Counted from the first letter of the stretch, positions 1 through 8,652 are shown. The stretch is DNA of 31,997 nucleotides from an uncultured virus (IMG/VR IMGVR_UViG_2061766007_000276) (IMGVR_UViG_2061766007_000276); one strand, 5' to 3'. Translations and numbers: made by a program. The notes: generated from the letters alone by a model not told the origin.

Positions 1-11
1 CGCCGCAACAG

Positions 12-497
12 GTGCCCCAAATAGTGAACCTGGCTCCTTCCAAGGAGAAAGCCAAACGCGATTTCAGTGAGTTCTACGAGGCCGCCGCAGAACTCGGGTC
101 CGACGTAGGCTTGCCGCTCCGTGCGAGGAATTGCCTGTTCAGGGGTGGGCTTTTAGATGCTTGGCCGGATATCGACCTGGACGATCTGCAATACATACGC
201 AAATGCGGTCCGAAGACGAAGGAACTGATACGGAAGGCACACGAGATAGCGAAGGCCGCCGAAGGAAAGGAGACTGAGATGCTGGTGGACGAGATCTACA
301 TAGAGCGTACGGACGCGGAATCGGAGAAGGCGATATTCGTGGCGTGCCTGAACGAGCCGACTTGCCTGAACACGTCTATCCAAGGCAAGGGAGACGGCCA
401 CTGGGTCGTGATGGTCGGATGGGCGAGCCAGGAAGACCGGGACCGGTTCAAGGAATCACTGGAGGAGAGGTTCCCGGGATGGACGACCTGGAGGTAG
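12..497 (+). CDS. RNA polymerase alpha-subunit C-terminal-domain-like protein fused to a phage C-terminal module; true start may lie upstream of the window
   Basis: LPLRARNCLFRGG...DLQYIRKCGPKTKELI resembles the alpha-CTD consensus LSVRSYNCLKRAG...DLLKIRNLGRKSLEEI. The C-terminus (G..VG...EDRDRF...LEERFPGWTTWR) is paralogous to the end of ORF 2050..3081. Confidence 0.65.
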   Translation: MPQIVNLAPSKEKAKRDFSEFYEAAAELGSDVGLPLRARNCLFRGGLLDAWPDIDLDDLQYIRKCGPKTKELIRKAHEIAKAAEGKETEMLVDEIYIERTDAESEKAIFVACLNEPTCLNTSIQGKGDGHWVVMVGWASQEDRDRFKESLEERFPGWTTWR

Positions 498-523
498 GCG
501 GATATTCGAGAAAGGGGCAAGGA

Positions 524-670
524 ATGGAACAAGCCATAGACTGCATCTACTGGGGGATATTCTTCGACGACGAGGAAGTCCTGCCCGGTCTACGCCAAGC
601 CGGGCGATGCTGGAATGGACCTCGTCAGCATGGAAGGTTCGGGTCCACGGGGGAAGGAGCAGGGAGATGA
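524..670 (+). CDS. short hypothetical protein, truncated paralogue of the N-terminus of ORF 2050..3081
   Basis: ATG 524 follows AAGGGG/AAGGA. MEQAIDCIYWGIFFD matches MGNMIDCIYWGLFFD. The stop overlaps the next start (ATGA). Confidence 0.5.
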   Translation: MEQAIDCIYWGIFFDDEEVLPGLRQAGRCWNGPRQHGRFGSTGEGAGR

Positions 671-1095
671 CGAAGCCGAAAAGGGCGTTGGATGTCGCAT
701 ATTTGTGCGACGGTAAGAAGGAGCAATGCGAGGGTAGCGCCGGGTGCTACTGGCAGAACTACGGTGAGTGCAAATGGACGTCGGATATCTCGCATGCCAG
801 GAACTTCATCCCGGTGCACATCGACGACACCATAATGCGGTACGCGGAGAAGGACCGTTTCGACTCCGTATCGTACGAGTACCACCTCGTCTCGGAAACC
901 GAGGATGAGTGCAAGAAGATCGCGACGTCGTTCCACAACAAGCTCGTGGGTAACCTGGACTACGTGGAGAACCGCATAATCGTGAACTGCGATGCGAACG
1001 AGCTGACGTTGACCGTCTTCTACGACTCGTTTACGAAGGTGCGGGTGCAGAACGACAGCCGGGGATTCCCGAAGCTGGTGCTCTGGGACAAGTAA
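667..1095 (+). CDS. Cys-rich hypothetical protein, paralogue of the middle module of ORF 2050..3081
   Basis: ATG 667 follows GGAGCAGGGAG. VAYLCDGKKEQC...GECKWTSDISHARNFIPV...YAEK...YEYHL is shared with ORF 2050. Confidence 0.75.
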   Translation: MTKPKRALDVAYLCDGKKEQCEGSAGCYWQNYGECKWTSDISHARNFIPVHIDDTIMRYAEKDRFDSVSYEYHLVSETEDECKKIATSFHNKLVGNLDYVENRIIVNCDANELTLTVFYDSFTKVRVQNDSRGFPKLVLWDK

Positions 1096-1119
1096 GGATA
1101 TTTCGAGGAAGGAGCGAGA

Positions 1120-1452
1120 ATGGGCAGGGTAGTCAGAGTTCTGCTGGCTATGTCGGTATTGGCCTTCTCCATATTCGTTTCCGCGGGCTGTTCCAAGTCC
1201 GGGGACGAAGCCGACAATAGGTACGGCCCGTTCGCAGAGGAGCCGTGCGAGCAGGTGGTCGTCCTATACGGGGACGATGGCAAGGAGATACGGCGCTGGA
1301 CTGGCTCCATTGCGATATCTTCGAGCAAAGACGGCATGGTCAAGTTCTACTGCGACGACGTGAGGACGATGATCTACGGGGGAACCGTAGTAGTGGTTCA
1401 GGAAAGGAGCGAGGATGGGCCGGATATTCGAGCTGGATCCTCTGGGGCCTGA
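1120..1452 (+). CDS. putative lipoprotein
   Basis: GAAGGAG RBS; basic N-terminus, hydrophobic stretch and lipobox-like VSAGC. Confidence 0.65.
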   Translation: MGRVVRVLLAMSVLAFSIFVSAGCSKSGDEADNRYGPFAEEPCEQVVVLYGDDGKEIRRWTGSIAISSSKDGMVKFYCDDVRTMIYGGTVVVVQERSEDGPDIRAGSSGA

Positions 1453-2046
1453 CGGATCGACTTTGTACGGCAACCCCACGTTCGAGTTCGAGCCTGGGGT
1501 GANNNNNNNNNNNGCGCGGGGAAGACGACGCTGATGGCCGACATCCAGTACGAGCTGAAAGCCCTGGATATTCCCTACGCCAGGCACTATGTCCACGAGG
1601 CGAAGCAGAAGCTGTCCTACAGGGCTTCCGTCGCGGGAGGAAGCGCATTCATGGACTACGCTGGCAGCGTCTTCGCCAGCGAGGGAGAGGGGATATCCAG
1701 GAGGTTCCAGATCCTGCTGCGGGACGTAGGCCATTTCGTCCTATCGGAATGTTCCGGCAAGGAGGAATGCTGGGTGTTCTTCGACTCGCTGGATTCCGGC
1801 CTGTCGGCGGACATGATGCAGGAGATCGTCGAGTTCCTCCAGGACATGGTGGGCGAGANNNNNNNNNNNNNNNNNNNNNNNNNNNNNNNNNNNNTGGCAG
1901 TCAACTCGTTCGAATTCGCCCGCGCCTTCGACTGCCTGGACGTGCAGACGGCGAAGCACCTGCGGTTTGACGATTACGACGACTACGTGTCTTTCGTCAA
2001 GAAGAGCAGGGAACGCAAGGAAAAGCGTTTAGAGGAAAGGAGCTAG
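1415..2046 (+). CDS. ABC/AAA_21-type ATPase, interrupted by N gaps
   Basis: ATG 1415 follows GAAAGGAG. After the gap come Walker A GAGKTTL (1513-1533), signature-like SEGEG and Walker B/D-loop VFFDSLDSGLS. The frame offset across the 11-N gap suggests the gap length is not exact. Confidence 0.7.
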
Positions 2047-2049
2047 ACA

Positions 2050-3081
2050 ATGGGAAACATGATCGATTGCATCTACTGGGGGCTGTTCTTCGACCAGAAG
2101 CTCGGATATTCGCTGGAATGTCCGGTCGAGGACCCGCATGTAACGTTCGGTTTCAAGACCCCGATGCCGGCGGAGCTTCTCGGGAAGAAGGCGACGGTCA
2201 CGGTGATAGGACACGGCTGCGACGGGAGGAACCAGGCCGTCATGGTAGACCTGGACTGCGAGTGCTGGGATGTTTACCAGGGTGCCCAAGTCCCGCACAT
2301 CACGCTCTCGACGTCTAAGGACGGGAAACCCGTGGACAGCGCGGACCTCGACTTCGAGCAATGGGATCCGTACGAGTGGTACGATCTGATCGGGCGGTTC
2401 GGATATTTCGACGGGACGATGGTCCGGTTCAATCCGATGCCTGCACAGATAGTGCAGGATCTGCCGGTCGAGAACTCCGTGGCCTACCTCTGCAACGGGC
2501 AGAAACCGGAATGCAAGGGCCACGCCGACTGCTTCTCGAATCCTGCGTCGGCCGACGATCCCATGGGCCAATGCCGTCGCACCACGGATATTCGCTACGC
2601 CAGGAACTTCGTCCCGGTAGACGGAGATAGGACCAAGTACGCCGAGAAAGAGGGGGAAACGGGCAAGGACATCATCCAATACGAGTACCATCTGGAGACA
2701 GATGCCGCCGAACTCGCGGGGAAAATCGCCAACGAGTTAGACAAGAAACGTTCCAGATCCGAAATCGCGGAATCCCTAGGAATCTCCGAGGCGACAGTAA
2801 GGGCGCTCTCGCGAACAGAGAACGACGAGTCCGATACGATCCCGTTTACGAAGAAGATGGAATCGTTCTACATGGTCGAGGCCGTGGTGAAGTACGAAGA
2901 CGTAGAGGATGTTTTCGAGGCTTTCCGCGTCGACCCTCTGGCCCAGGATCCGATAGCCGAGACGCACGGAAGCGAAGACGGATATTACAGCATAGTCTGC
3001 GGGTTCAACAACCGCAGCGAACGCGATGAGTTTACCGGGAAGATCGATGAGATGTTCCCAGGAAAAGTCAGCTGGCGTTGA
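2050..3081 (+). CDS. mosaic protein: 2H phosphoesterase domain, Cys-rich module, HTH and C-terminal module
   Basis: Two HxT motifs (PHVTF at ~2137; PHITL...GKPVDS at ~2296), HTH-like RSEIAESLGISEATVRAL, GAAAGGAG RBS. Confidence 0.7.
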   Translation: MGNMIDCIYWGLFFDQKLGYSLECPVEDPHVTFGFKTPMPAELLGKKATVTVIGHGCDGRNQAVMVDLDCECWDVYQGAQVPHITLSTSKDGKPVDSADLDFEQWDPYEWYDLIGRFGYFDGTMVRFNPMPAQIVQDLPVENSVAYLCNGQKPECKGHADCFSNPASADDPMGQCRRTTDIRYARNFVPVDGDRTKYAEKEGETGKDIIQYEYHLETDAAELAGKIANELDKKRSRSEIAESLGISEATVRALSRTENDESDTIPFTKKMESFYMVEAVVKYEDVEDVFEAFRVDPLAQDPIAETHGSEDGYYSIVCGFNNRSERDEFTGKIDEMFPGKVSWR

Positions 3082-3111
3082 TCTCAGGATATTCGGAAAG
3101 GAGCGTGACGT

Positions 3112-3516
3112 ATGGGCGAGAAGATGCAAGTAGGAGACAAACTCTACCGGTACCGGTTCGATTTCGCCTCCGGGGATATCTCGATGCACACGTTCGAGGT
3201 CGTGGAGGAGGCATCGTCGTGGAGCATCCAGCAAGTGAGAGCCGAATGCCCCGAAGACCGCAAGCTGACGATCAACTCGGGCCTTTCGTTCGTGCCGGAC
3301 GAGATCATCGGAAAGGTCAGCACGAAAGGCAATTGCAAGTACGTGGTCCTGGCCGAGCAGGACATCGGGAAGGCCCTGCGGATCCTCATGGGATATTTGG
3401 AGCTGCGGTTCGAGAAGGCCAAGGCGAAGTACCTGGAAATGGAGTCCATGGTCCATCTGGTCGAGGAGTGGATGTACTATTCCACGACCTGCCAGGATAT
3501 CGTGGAGGAGGCTTAA
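3112..3516 (+). CDS. hypothetical protein, paralogue family A (copy 1)
   Basis: GAAAGGAG RBS; GDKLYRYRF...KYVVLAEQDIGKALRILMGYLE is shared with 3889 and 4593. Confidence 0.75.
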   Translation: MGEKMQVGDKLYRYRFDFASGDISMHTFEVVEEASSWSIQQVRAECPEDRKLTINSGLSFVPDEIIGKVSTKGNCKYVVLAEQDIGKALRILMGYLELRFEKAKAKYLEMESMVHLVEEWMYYSTTCQDIVEEA

Positions 3517-3741
3517 ATGCTGGCGGAAGACGTGATCCTCACGATCGTCCTGGCGACGGTCCTGCTGGGGATATTCCTCTGGTACGACCTCAAGGTCCGG
3601 AAGGGCAAGGCCAGATGGGAGGATCTGGAAAGGGCGGTGCTTCCGCCGGAGAAAGGGGGCGAAGGACCTGATGGCCGGATATCTCAAAGAGGCGATCGAG
3701 AAGGAGCTGGAGAAGATAGAGTCCTTCGAGATGCAACTTGA
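3517..3741 (+). CDS. small membrane protein
   Basis: GGAGG RBS; single hydrophobic helix VILTIVLATVLLGIFLWY followed by a basic patch. Confidence 0.55.
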   Translation: MLAEDVILTIVLATVLLGIFLWYDLKVRKGKARWEDLERAVLPPEKGGEGPDGRISQRGDREGAGEDRVLRDAT

Positions 3742-3889
3742 TAGGCTTCCAGGTCTCGAGCTGGGCGCGAACGGATATTTCGAGGAGGACCCGTCGAACC
3801 CGACGGAGACGGTTTACGGCTACGTGCCGAGGGAGACCGTGCTGGATCTGCTGGAAAAGCACGGAGGAATAGAGAAGGGACTGTTCTGA
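3671..3889 (+). CDS. hypothetical protein; C-terminus paralogous to 7484..7807
   Basis: VYGYVPRETVLDLLEKHGGI matches IFPWVPAEIVEQLVENHGGI. Confidence 0.65.
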   Translation: MAGYLKEAIEKELEKIESFEMQLDRLPGLELGANGYFEEDPSNPTETVYGYVPRETVLDLLEKHGGIEKGLF

Positions 3890-4248
3890 TGGATATTCAC
3901 GACGATAGGATCTACAAGTACATGTTCGAATCCGAAGGGAAGCTCGTGGTCAAGCGATGCGAGATCGTGGAGGTGGTCGAAGGACGGATATTATTCTTCG
4001 AGGAACGCAGCGGCGACGTGACGAAGAAGAAGGTCATGGACGTCGACGATCTGGAAACCGTCTCTCTCGGAGGAAAATACAAGATGGTCTATCTGGATCA
4101 CGAGGACCTGAGGCACGCCAAGGATATTCTGATCATGTACTACAGGAATAGGATCTCGAACCTCAAGGACCAGATCGCAGACCTCGAGGCCGCAATAACC
4201 AAGGTCGAGGAAACGACGATCGTCCGGGAGGAGACCGGAAATGCCTAG
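3889..4248 (+). CDS. hypothetical protein, paralogue family A (copy 2)
   Basis: DDRIYKYMFESEG...KMVYLDHEDLRHAKDILIMYY; start overlaps the previous stop. Confidence 0.75.
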   Translation: MDIHDDRIYKYMFESEGKLVVKRCEIVEVVEGRILFFEERSGDVTKKKVMDVDDLETVSLGGKYKMVYLDHEDLRHAKDILIMYYRNRISNLKDQIADLEAAITKVEETTIVREETGNA

Positions 4249-4747
4249 GAACCGTTGCGACCGCCTGCGGGAGTTCCGGGAGAACCGGGGCATAAGCCGG
4301 AGGATGTTCGCGGAGCTAACCGGATACGGAGAGGGCACCCTGGCCCGCATCGAGAGGGGGAACGAGGTCTCCGAGGGGACGCAGATTGCCGTCTCCATCC
4401 TGATGGACAAGGTGGACATCCTGGACCTCATGGTCATAACGGACCGCAGGGGATATTACTACAACATAAGCTACCGAGATTTGGAGGACGCCGAGAAGCC
4501 GAGGATATTCCGGAAAGTGCCGTTCGGGCACGACGCCGTGAACATCGGCAGGGAGATCGGGCTCAGCGTCCCGGATAGGAAAGGACTCTTCAATGACGGC
4601 TTTTCGAAAAGGAGATCTGATCTACAAGTACACGCTCCACTCGGAGGGGATCCTCGTGAAGGGCGTCTACCGCATCGAGGCGGTGAACCAGCTATGCACG
4701 GGGAAATATCAGGTCGAAGCCGCTCCGACACAGGGACGGTCCAGTAA
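4241..4747 (+). CDS. XRE/Cro-type helix-turn-helix protein
   Basis: LREFRENRGISRRMFAELTGYGEGTLARIERG is a typical HTH_3 pattern. The C-terminal ~50 codons overlap the next gene. Confidence 0.7.
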   Translation: MPRNRCDRLREFRENRGISRRMFAELTGYGEGTLARIERGNEVSEGTQIAVSILMDKVDILDLMVITDRRGYYYNISYRDLEDAEKPRIFRKVPFGHDAVNIGREIGLSVPDRKGLFNDGFSKRRSDLQVHAPLGGDPREGRLPHRGGEPAMHGEISGRSRSDTGTVQ

Positions 4748-4955
4748 GGTGTACCTGCCCGTGGACGACATCGATTCCAAGATATTCCATTCGTCCAAGA
4801 TCAAGTCGGTGTACCTGTCCGAGGACGATCCCGTGCGGGCATGCGACATGGTGCTCCGATATCTTGAGAACAAGATGAGAGAGCTCCTGTCGAAGCTGGA
4901 CTCCTGCTCCAACATGTACGACGCCGTCAAGAAGGAGCGTGGTAAGATTGGTTAA
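4593..4955 (+). CDS. hypothetical protein, paralogue family A (copy 3)
   Basis: GAAAGGA RBS; GDLIYKYTLHSEG...KSVYLSEDDPVRACDMVLRYLE. Confidence 0.75.
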   Translation: MTAFRKGDLIYKYTLHSEGILVKGVYRIEAVNQLCTGKYQVEAAPTQGRSSKVYLPVDDIDSKIFHSSKIKSVYLSEDDPVRACDMVLRYLENKMRELLSKLDSCSNMYDAVKKERGKIG

Positions 4956-5286
4956 CTGCCCGAATTGCGGCGCGCCGATTCAGGGCCGGATCTGCGAGTA
5001 CTGCGGGACCCCCGACCCATCCGCGTTCCGGATGCTCCACGGGAAGCCTGTTCGGATATCCTACGAGATGGAGGACGGGCATAGGTACACGTTCGAGCTC
5101 CTGGTCGAGTCGATAGGGATGGAGTACGAGTGCTCCACGCAAGACCTCTACTCTTTCGGCCAGGATATTCCTTACCTGACGTTCACTAGTTTCGCGAAGA
5201 CGAACGTTTCGATCCAGGGAAGCATCGTGCCGATGGAGATGGGAGGCGGAAGGCAAGCGATGATGCTGGAGGAGGTTCCGAGATGA
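4939..5286 (+). CDS. zinc-ribbon protein
   Basis: NCPNCGAP...CEYCGT (two CxxC motifs); GAAGGAG RBS before GTG. Confidence 0.7.
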   Translation: MVRLVNCPNCGAPIQGRICEYCGTPDPSAFRMLHGKPVRISYEMEDGHRYTFELLVESIGMEYECSTQDLYSFGQDIPYLTFTSFAKTNVSIQGSIVPMEMGGGRQAMMLEEVPR

Positions 5287-5501
5287 GCAAGGGATATTTG
5301 ACGGGGATGCTGGTCCTTCTCTTCCTGCTCTCGACCTTTCTGGGCCTGAACGGCGCGTTCCTGGTCATGGACCTGGTCTGGGGACATCCAGGCACGATGG
5401 AGATCGTCGGAAGGGTCATGGTGGTCGTCAGTCTGATCGCGGCCTGCACCGGCATATGCAGGACCATACTGAACGGATATTCCGAAAGGAGCTTGAAATG
5501 A
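5283..5501 (+). CDS. small two-helix membrane protein
   Basis: Two hydrophobic segments; GGAGG RBS; ATGA overlaps at both ends. Confidence 0.65.
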   Translation: MSKGYLTGMLVLLFLLSTFLGLNGAFLVMDLVWGHPGTMEIVGRVMVVVSLIAACTGICRTILNGYSERSLK

Positions 5502-6229
5502 AGCATGGGAGGATTCCGATCGCGATGATCTCGGCCGTGTTGGCGTTAGCGCTGACGACGCCGGCCTTCGCGGAAGAGCTTACGGCAGGAACGCAGGATA
5601 TTCCGGCAGACTCCACGGCGCTGACCGCTGAGCAGGAAGCGCAGATGGAGCAGGCTAGGCTGCTCGAGGAACAGGCCAGGAAGAAGGCCGAGTTGCTGGC
5701 CAAATGGAAGGCCAAGGCGAAAACCAGGTACAAGACGTGCAGGAAGCTCTACGTGAAGATCCAGAAAGCTTCCGTATATTTGAAGCTGTCCGACGCGCAG
5801 AAGAGCTACAGCAAGCTGTGCAAGCACGTAAAGTACCTCAAGAAGCTCGCGAAGAAGGACAAGTCCCTCAAGAAGTGGTACAAGAAGGCCTACGTGCTCA
5901 AGAAGGAGTGCAAGTCCGTCATCAAGACCATCAAGAAGGACTTGGCTACTCAGAGGGCCAATGCGGCGTCGCTCAAGTACAACGGCGAGGTATATTCCGG
6001 AGGATGGCGCTACACGTGGTACAGCCAGAACGTCCTTCCTGGAGGAGGATTGAAGATACCGGGGCGGCATGTCGGCAACGGGGGGCTGATCATGGACAAG
6101 TGGAACAACGTCGTGGTCGCATCCGAGGACCTCTCCAAGGGAACGGAGCTCGACACCCCGTACGGACGCGCCAAGGTCTACGACAGCGGATGCCCTGACG
6201 GGACGATCGACGTCTATACGAATTGGTGA
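5498..6229 (+). CDS. secreted protein with a Lys-rich coiled region and a C-terminal 3D (MltA-like) cell-wall-hydrolase-like domain
   Basis: Signal peptide ending AFA; C-terminal VVVASEDLSKGT...G...VYDSG...IDVY carries the three-Asp pattern of 3D domains; GAAAGGAG RBS. Confidence 0.65.
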   Translation: MKHGRIPIAMISAVLALALTTPAFAEELTAGTQDIPADSTALTAEQEAQMEQARLLEEQARKKAELLAKWKAKAKTRYKTCRKLYVKIQKASVYLKLSDAQKSYSKLCKHVKYLKKLAKKDKSLKKWYKKAYVLKKECKSVIKTIKKDLATQRANAASLKYNGEVYSGGWRYTWYSQNVLPGGGLKIPGRHVGNGGLIMDKWNNVVVASEDLSKGTELDTPYGRAKVYDSGCPDGTIDVYTNW

Positions 6230-6275
6230 GGAGATGTGGCGCTATGAGGAAGTACGCCAACGGAACGGAGGAAAC

Positions 6276-7273
6276 ATGATCGAGGAAGCACGACTGCTGG
6301 CTGACGAGCTCATGAAAAGCCCGGTTCCGGATCCCATCGACGCCCTCGGAAAGCTCGGATACGGATATTCCGCAGTCAAGAGGTTCAAAGACCTGAACGC
6401 TTCGATGCAACGCCCGCATATCTGGGACATGCCGGGGATAAGGGAGATGTCCGAGGATCCCGTCCTGCAGATGGACGTAGTCGAGGAAGGAGAGTACCAT
6501 GACGCGGTGATGTCCGCGCTGGCGTCGAGTCATCCGTCGGACTATCTGATATGCAACGAGATGCTCGTAGAGCGGATGTACGACCTCCTGTCCAGCGCCG
6601 GAGTCGACAAGGAAATCGGGGTCCCATCGGATATCTTCGTGTCCGGCACCATCCCGATACCGGACATGGTCATGTCGTTCGAGGGCGACGTGGACACCAA
6701 GTTCCGGATCCTAACCGGGAACCGCGGGGGATATTTCGTGTTCGACGATTGCGCAGGGACGGAGAGCTTCTCCGTGGCGTTGACGTTCGGCCCTCCAGAG
6801 GACGTCGGGGAGGACGTGGGGGTGTTCTTCATGGATATCTCCACCTCGGTGTCCACGCACCCCGAAGTTCTCAAAAGATATTTGGACAGGTACCACGCCC
6901 TCGAAATGTACCTCCTGTTCGACCAGGTGCTAAAGTTGTGGTACGCCTTCCAGATCCTGCTGCTCAACCCGGCCACCAAGCCGGTGCTCATGAAGAGGTC
7001 CGGCAAGGAGAAGTTGAACGGAGCATGCATGACGTCGAGGAAGACCGGGAAGCGCAAGGCGTGCTACGTAAAGCGCCATCGCGTGGAAACGGATATCTTC
7101 GATCGGGAGACGTCTACGGACGGCGTCGACCGGAAGACGCTGAGCTGGNNNNNNNNNNNNNNNNNNNNNACTACCAGTCTGGCAAGAAGAGCTTCGTCAA
7201 GGGATATTGGAAGGGACCCCTCAGGCATCTGGAAAGGAACCTGGACGACGGGCGGGAGAGGAGGCTGGCATGA
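6276..7273 (+). CDS. conserved phage protein, interrupted by an N gap
   Basis: GGAGG RBS before ATG 6276. After the gap the natural continuation is in another frame (W...YQSGKKSFVKGYWKG), resembling the common phage 'VRGHWRxYKSGK..W...YWKG' ending. The stop overlaps the next ATG. Confidence 0.6.
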
Positions 7274-7434
7274 TACTCGAATGCCCGCAATGCGGTTTTA
7301 CCGGCGTGTTCACGTCCTACCCGGTTTACTTGAGCGATGGCCGGGCGGTTTTCCTGTGTCCAAAATGCTACGAAGAGCACTGCTACAAGGTCAGGAAGCT
7401 ATACGCGCAGGACGAAGACGGCTACGGACGATAG
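7270..7434 (+). CDS. small zinc-ribbon protein
   Basis: GGAGG RBS; CPQC...CPKC. Confidence 0.6.
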   Translation: MILECPQCGFTGVFTSYPVYLSDGRAVFLCPKCYEEHCYKVRKLYAQDEDGYGR

Positions 7435-7483
7435 AAAGCCAGGGTGAAAGGCGCCTTGGAGAGACGCTACCGTAGAAAGGAGA

Positions 7484-7807
7484 TTGCCGGAGATGAAGGC
7501 TATAGAATGGATAAGGCAGCAGAAGGAACGGAAGCTCCGAATCAATCCGTTTGGATGCACGGAGCTGATCGTGCCGAGGGCCAAGATGGCTGACGGCTTC
7601 GAGATCAGCATCCAGGCCAACCGGTTCGCCTATTGCTGGCCAAGAGAGGATATCTGCGACTCCTATTCGTCGTTCGAGCTAGGATACCCGTCGGATCCAG
7701 ACGACCTGATAGAGGGCTACCGCGAGGACGACATATTCCCGTGGGTCCCTGCGGAGATAGTGGAGCAGCTCGTGGAGAACCACGGCGGGATAGTCGGGCC
7801 GGCTTAG
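7484..7807 (+). CDS. conserved hypothetical phage protein
   Basis: GAAAGGAG RBS; DGFEISIQA...YCWPR...ELGYPS...HGGI pattern. Confidence 0.7.
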   Translation: MPEMKAIEWIRQQKERKLRINPFGCTELIVPRAKMADGFEISIQANRFAYCWPREDICDSYSSFELGYPSDPDDLIEGYREDDIFPWVPAEIVEQLVENHGGIVGPA

Positions 7808-7820
7808 GAAGGAGGTTGGC

Positions 7821-8055
7821 ATGGACAGATCGGAGAGCAAGGAGGTCGTCAAGTTGACGGCGTCGTTCTTCCTGTTCCTTGGGTTGACCATCGCCGTGAC
7901 GGTGTTCGCGGGCGCTTGGCCTTACGTGCATCCCGAGGAAGNNNNNNNNNNNNNNNNNNNNNNNNNNNNNNNNNNNNNNNNNNNNNNTGTTCGTGTCCTT
8001 GATGTGGTTCGGCACCGGATCCATGGCCAGGGACCTGTCAGACAAGTACATTTAG
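7821..8055 (+). CDS. small membrane protein, interrupted by an N gap
   Basis: GGAGG RBS; hydrophobic helix before the gap; FVSLMWFGTG...KYI* after the gap in a shifted frame. Confidence 0.5.
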
Positions 8056-8069
8056 AAAGGAGAAGCGAC

Positions 8070-8591
8070 ATGGCAAATAGGATAGATTGCTCCTGGTGCG
8101 AGATGGCCAAAGACTACGGCTTCGGGATCTTCGCGATGCATAAATGCGGGATCTGCGGGGAGGAGTTCGGATGCCACGGTTTCAGCCTCGAAATCCGGGA
8201 CAAGAACCGCAGCGAGACGACTACGTACGACGTGGTCTGCCCGATCTGCCAGGGACGGATATTCAAGACGATGATAGAATGCTCGCAAGGCGATGGGAAC
8301 CGGATGAGATGCCTGCTGGAAGGAGAGGAAAGTGGAACCGCTGAAAAAACGGAAGATAAGGGAAGCGTTAAGGCAGGCGTTCATGGGAAAGAACGTGGTG
8401 ATAGTGACCCCGACGCAGATGAGGGCATCGCACCTGGCGTACGAGATAGAGAACGTCCTGCTGGATTCCAAGTCCGTCTACAGTCCGTACCGGATATTGC
8501 CGCAAGGGCGGACGGTCGAGGTGGGGAAGGGCCAGGTGAGGGTCGTCGCCCCGAAGAAGAGCCTCAGGGGGATCCGGGGGCTCAAGCCTGA
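8070..8591 (+). CDS. Cys-rich zinc-finger-like protein; 3' end uncertain because it overlaps the next gene
   Basis: GAAAGGAG RBS before ATG 8070; CSWC, CGIC and CPIC motifs. Confidence 0.55.
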   Translation: MANRIDCSWCEMAKDYGFGIFAMHKCGICGEEFGCHGFSLEIRDKNRSETTTYDVVCPICQGRIFKTMIECSQGDGNRMRCLLEGEESGTAEKTEDKGSVKAGVHGKERGDSDPDADEGIAPGVRDRERPAGFQVRLQSVPDIAARADGRGGEGPGEGRRPEEEPQGDPGAQA

Positions 8592-8652
8592 CGTCGTCAT
8601 CCTGGACGAGGGGGATATCCTGAAAGGAGCATCCTATGGTGGAGAAGCTTAA
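8332..8652 (+). CDS. truncated terminase-like/helicase-like P-loop domain fragment
   Basis: VVIVTPTQMRA and RGIRGLKPDVVILDEG resemble motif Ia and Walker B of TerL-type ATPases; no Walker A. Confidence 0.55.
   Translation: MEPLKKRKIREALRQAFMGKNVVIVTPTQMRASHLAYEIENVLLDSKSVYSPYRILPQGRTVEVGKGQVRVVAPKKSLRGIRGLKPDVVILDEGDILKGASYGGEA

Noticed and set aside
500..6000. GGATATT copies as a CRISPR or tandem-repeat array
   Set aside because: The repeat is only 7-8 nt, irregularly spaced and mostly inside coding sequence.
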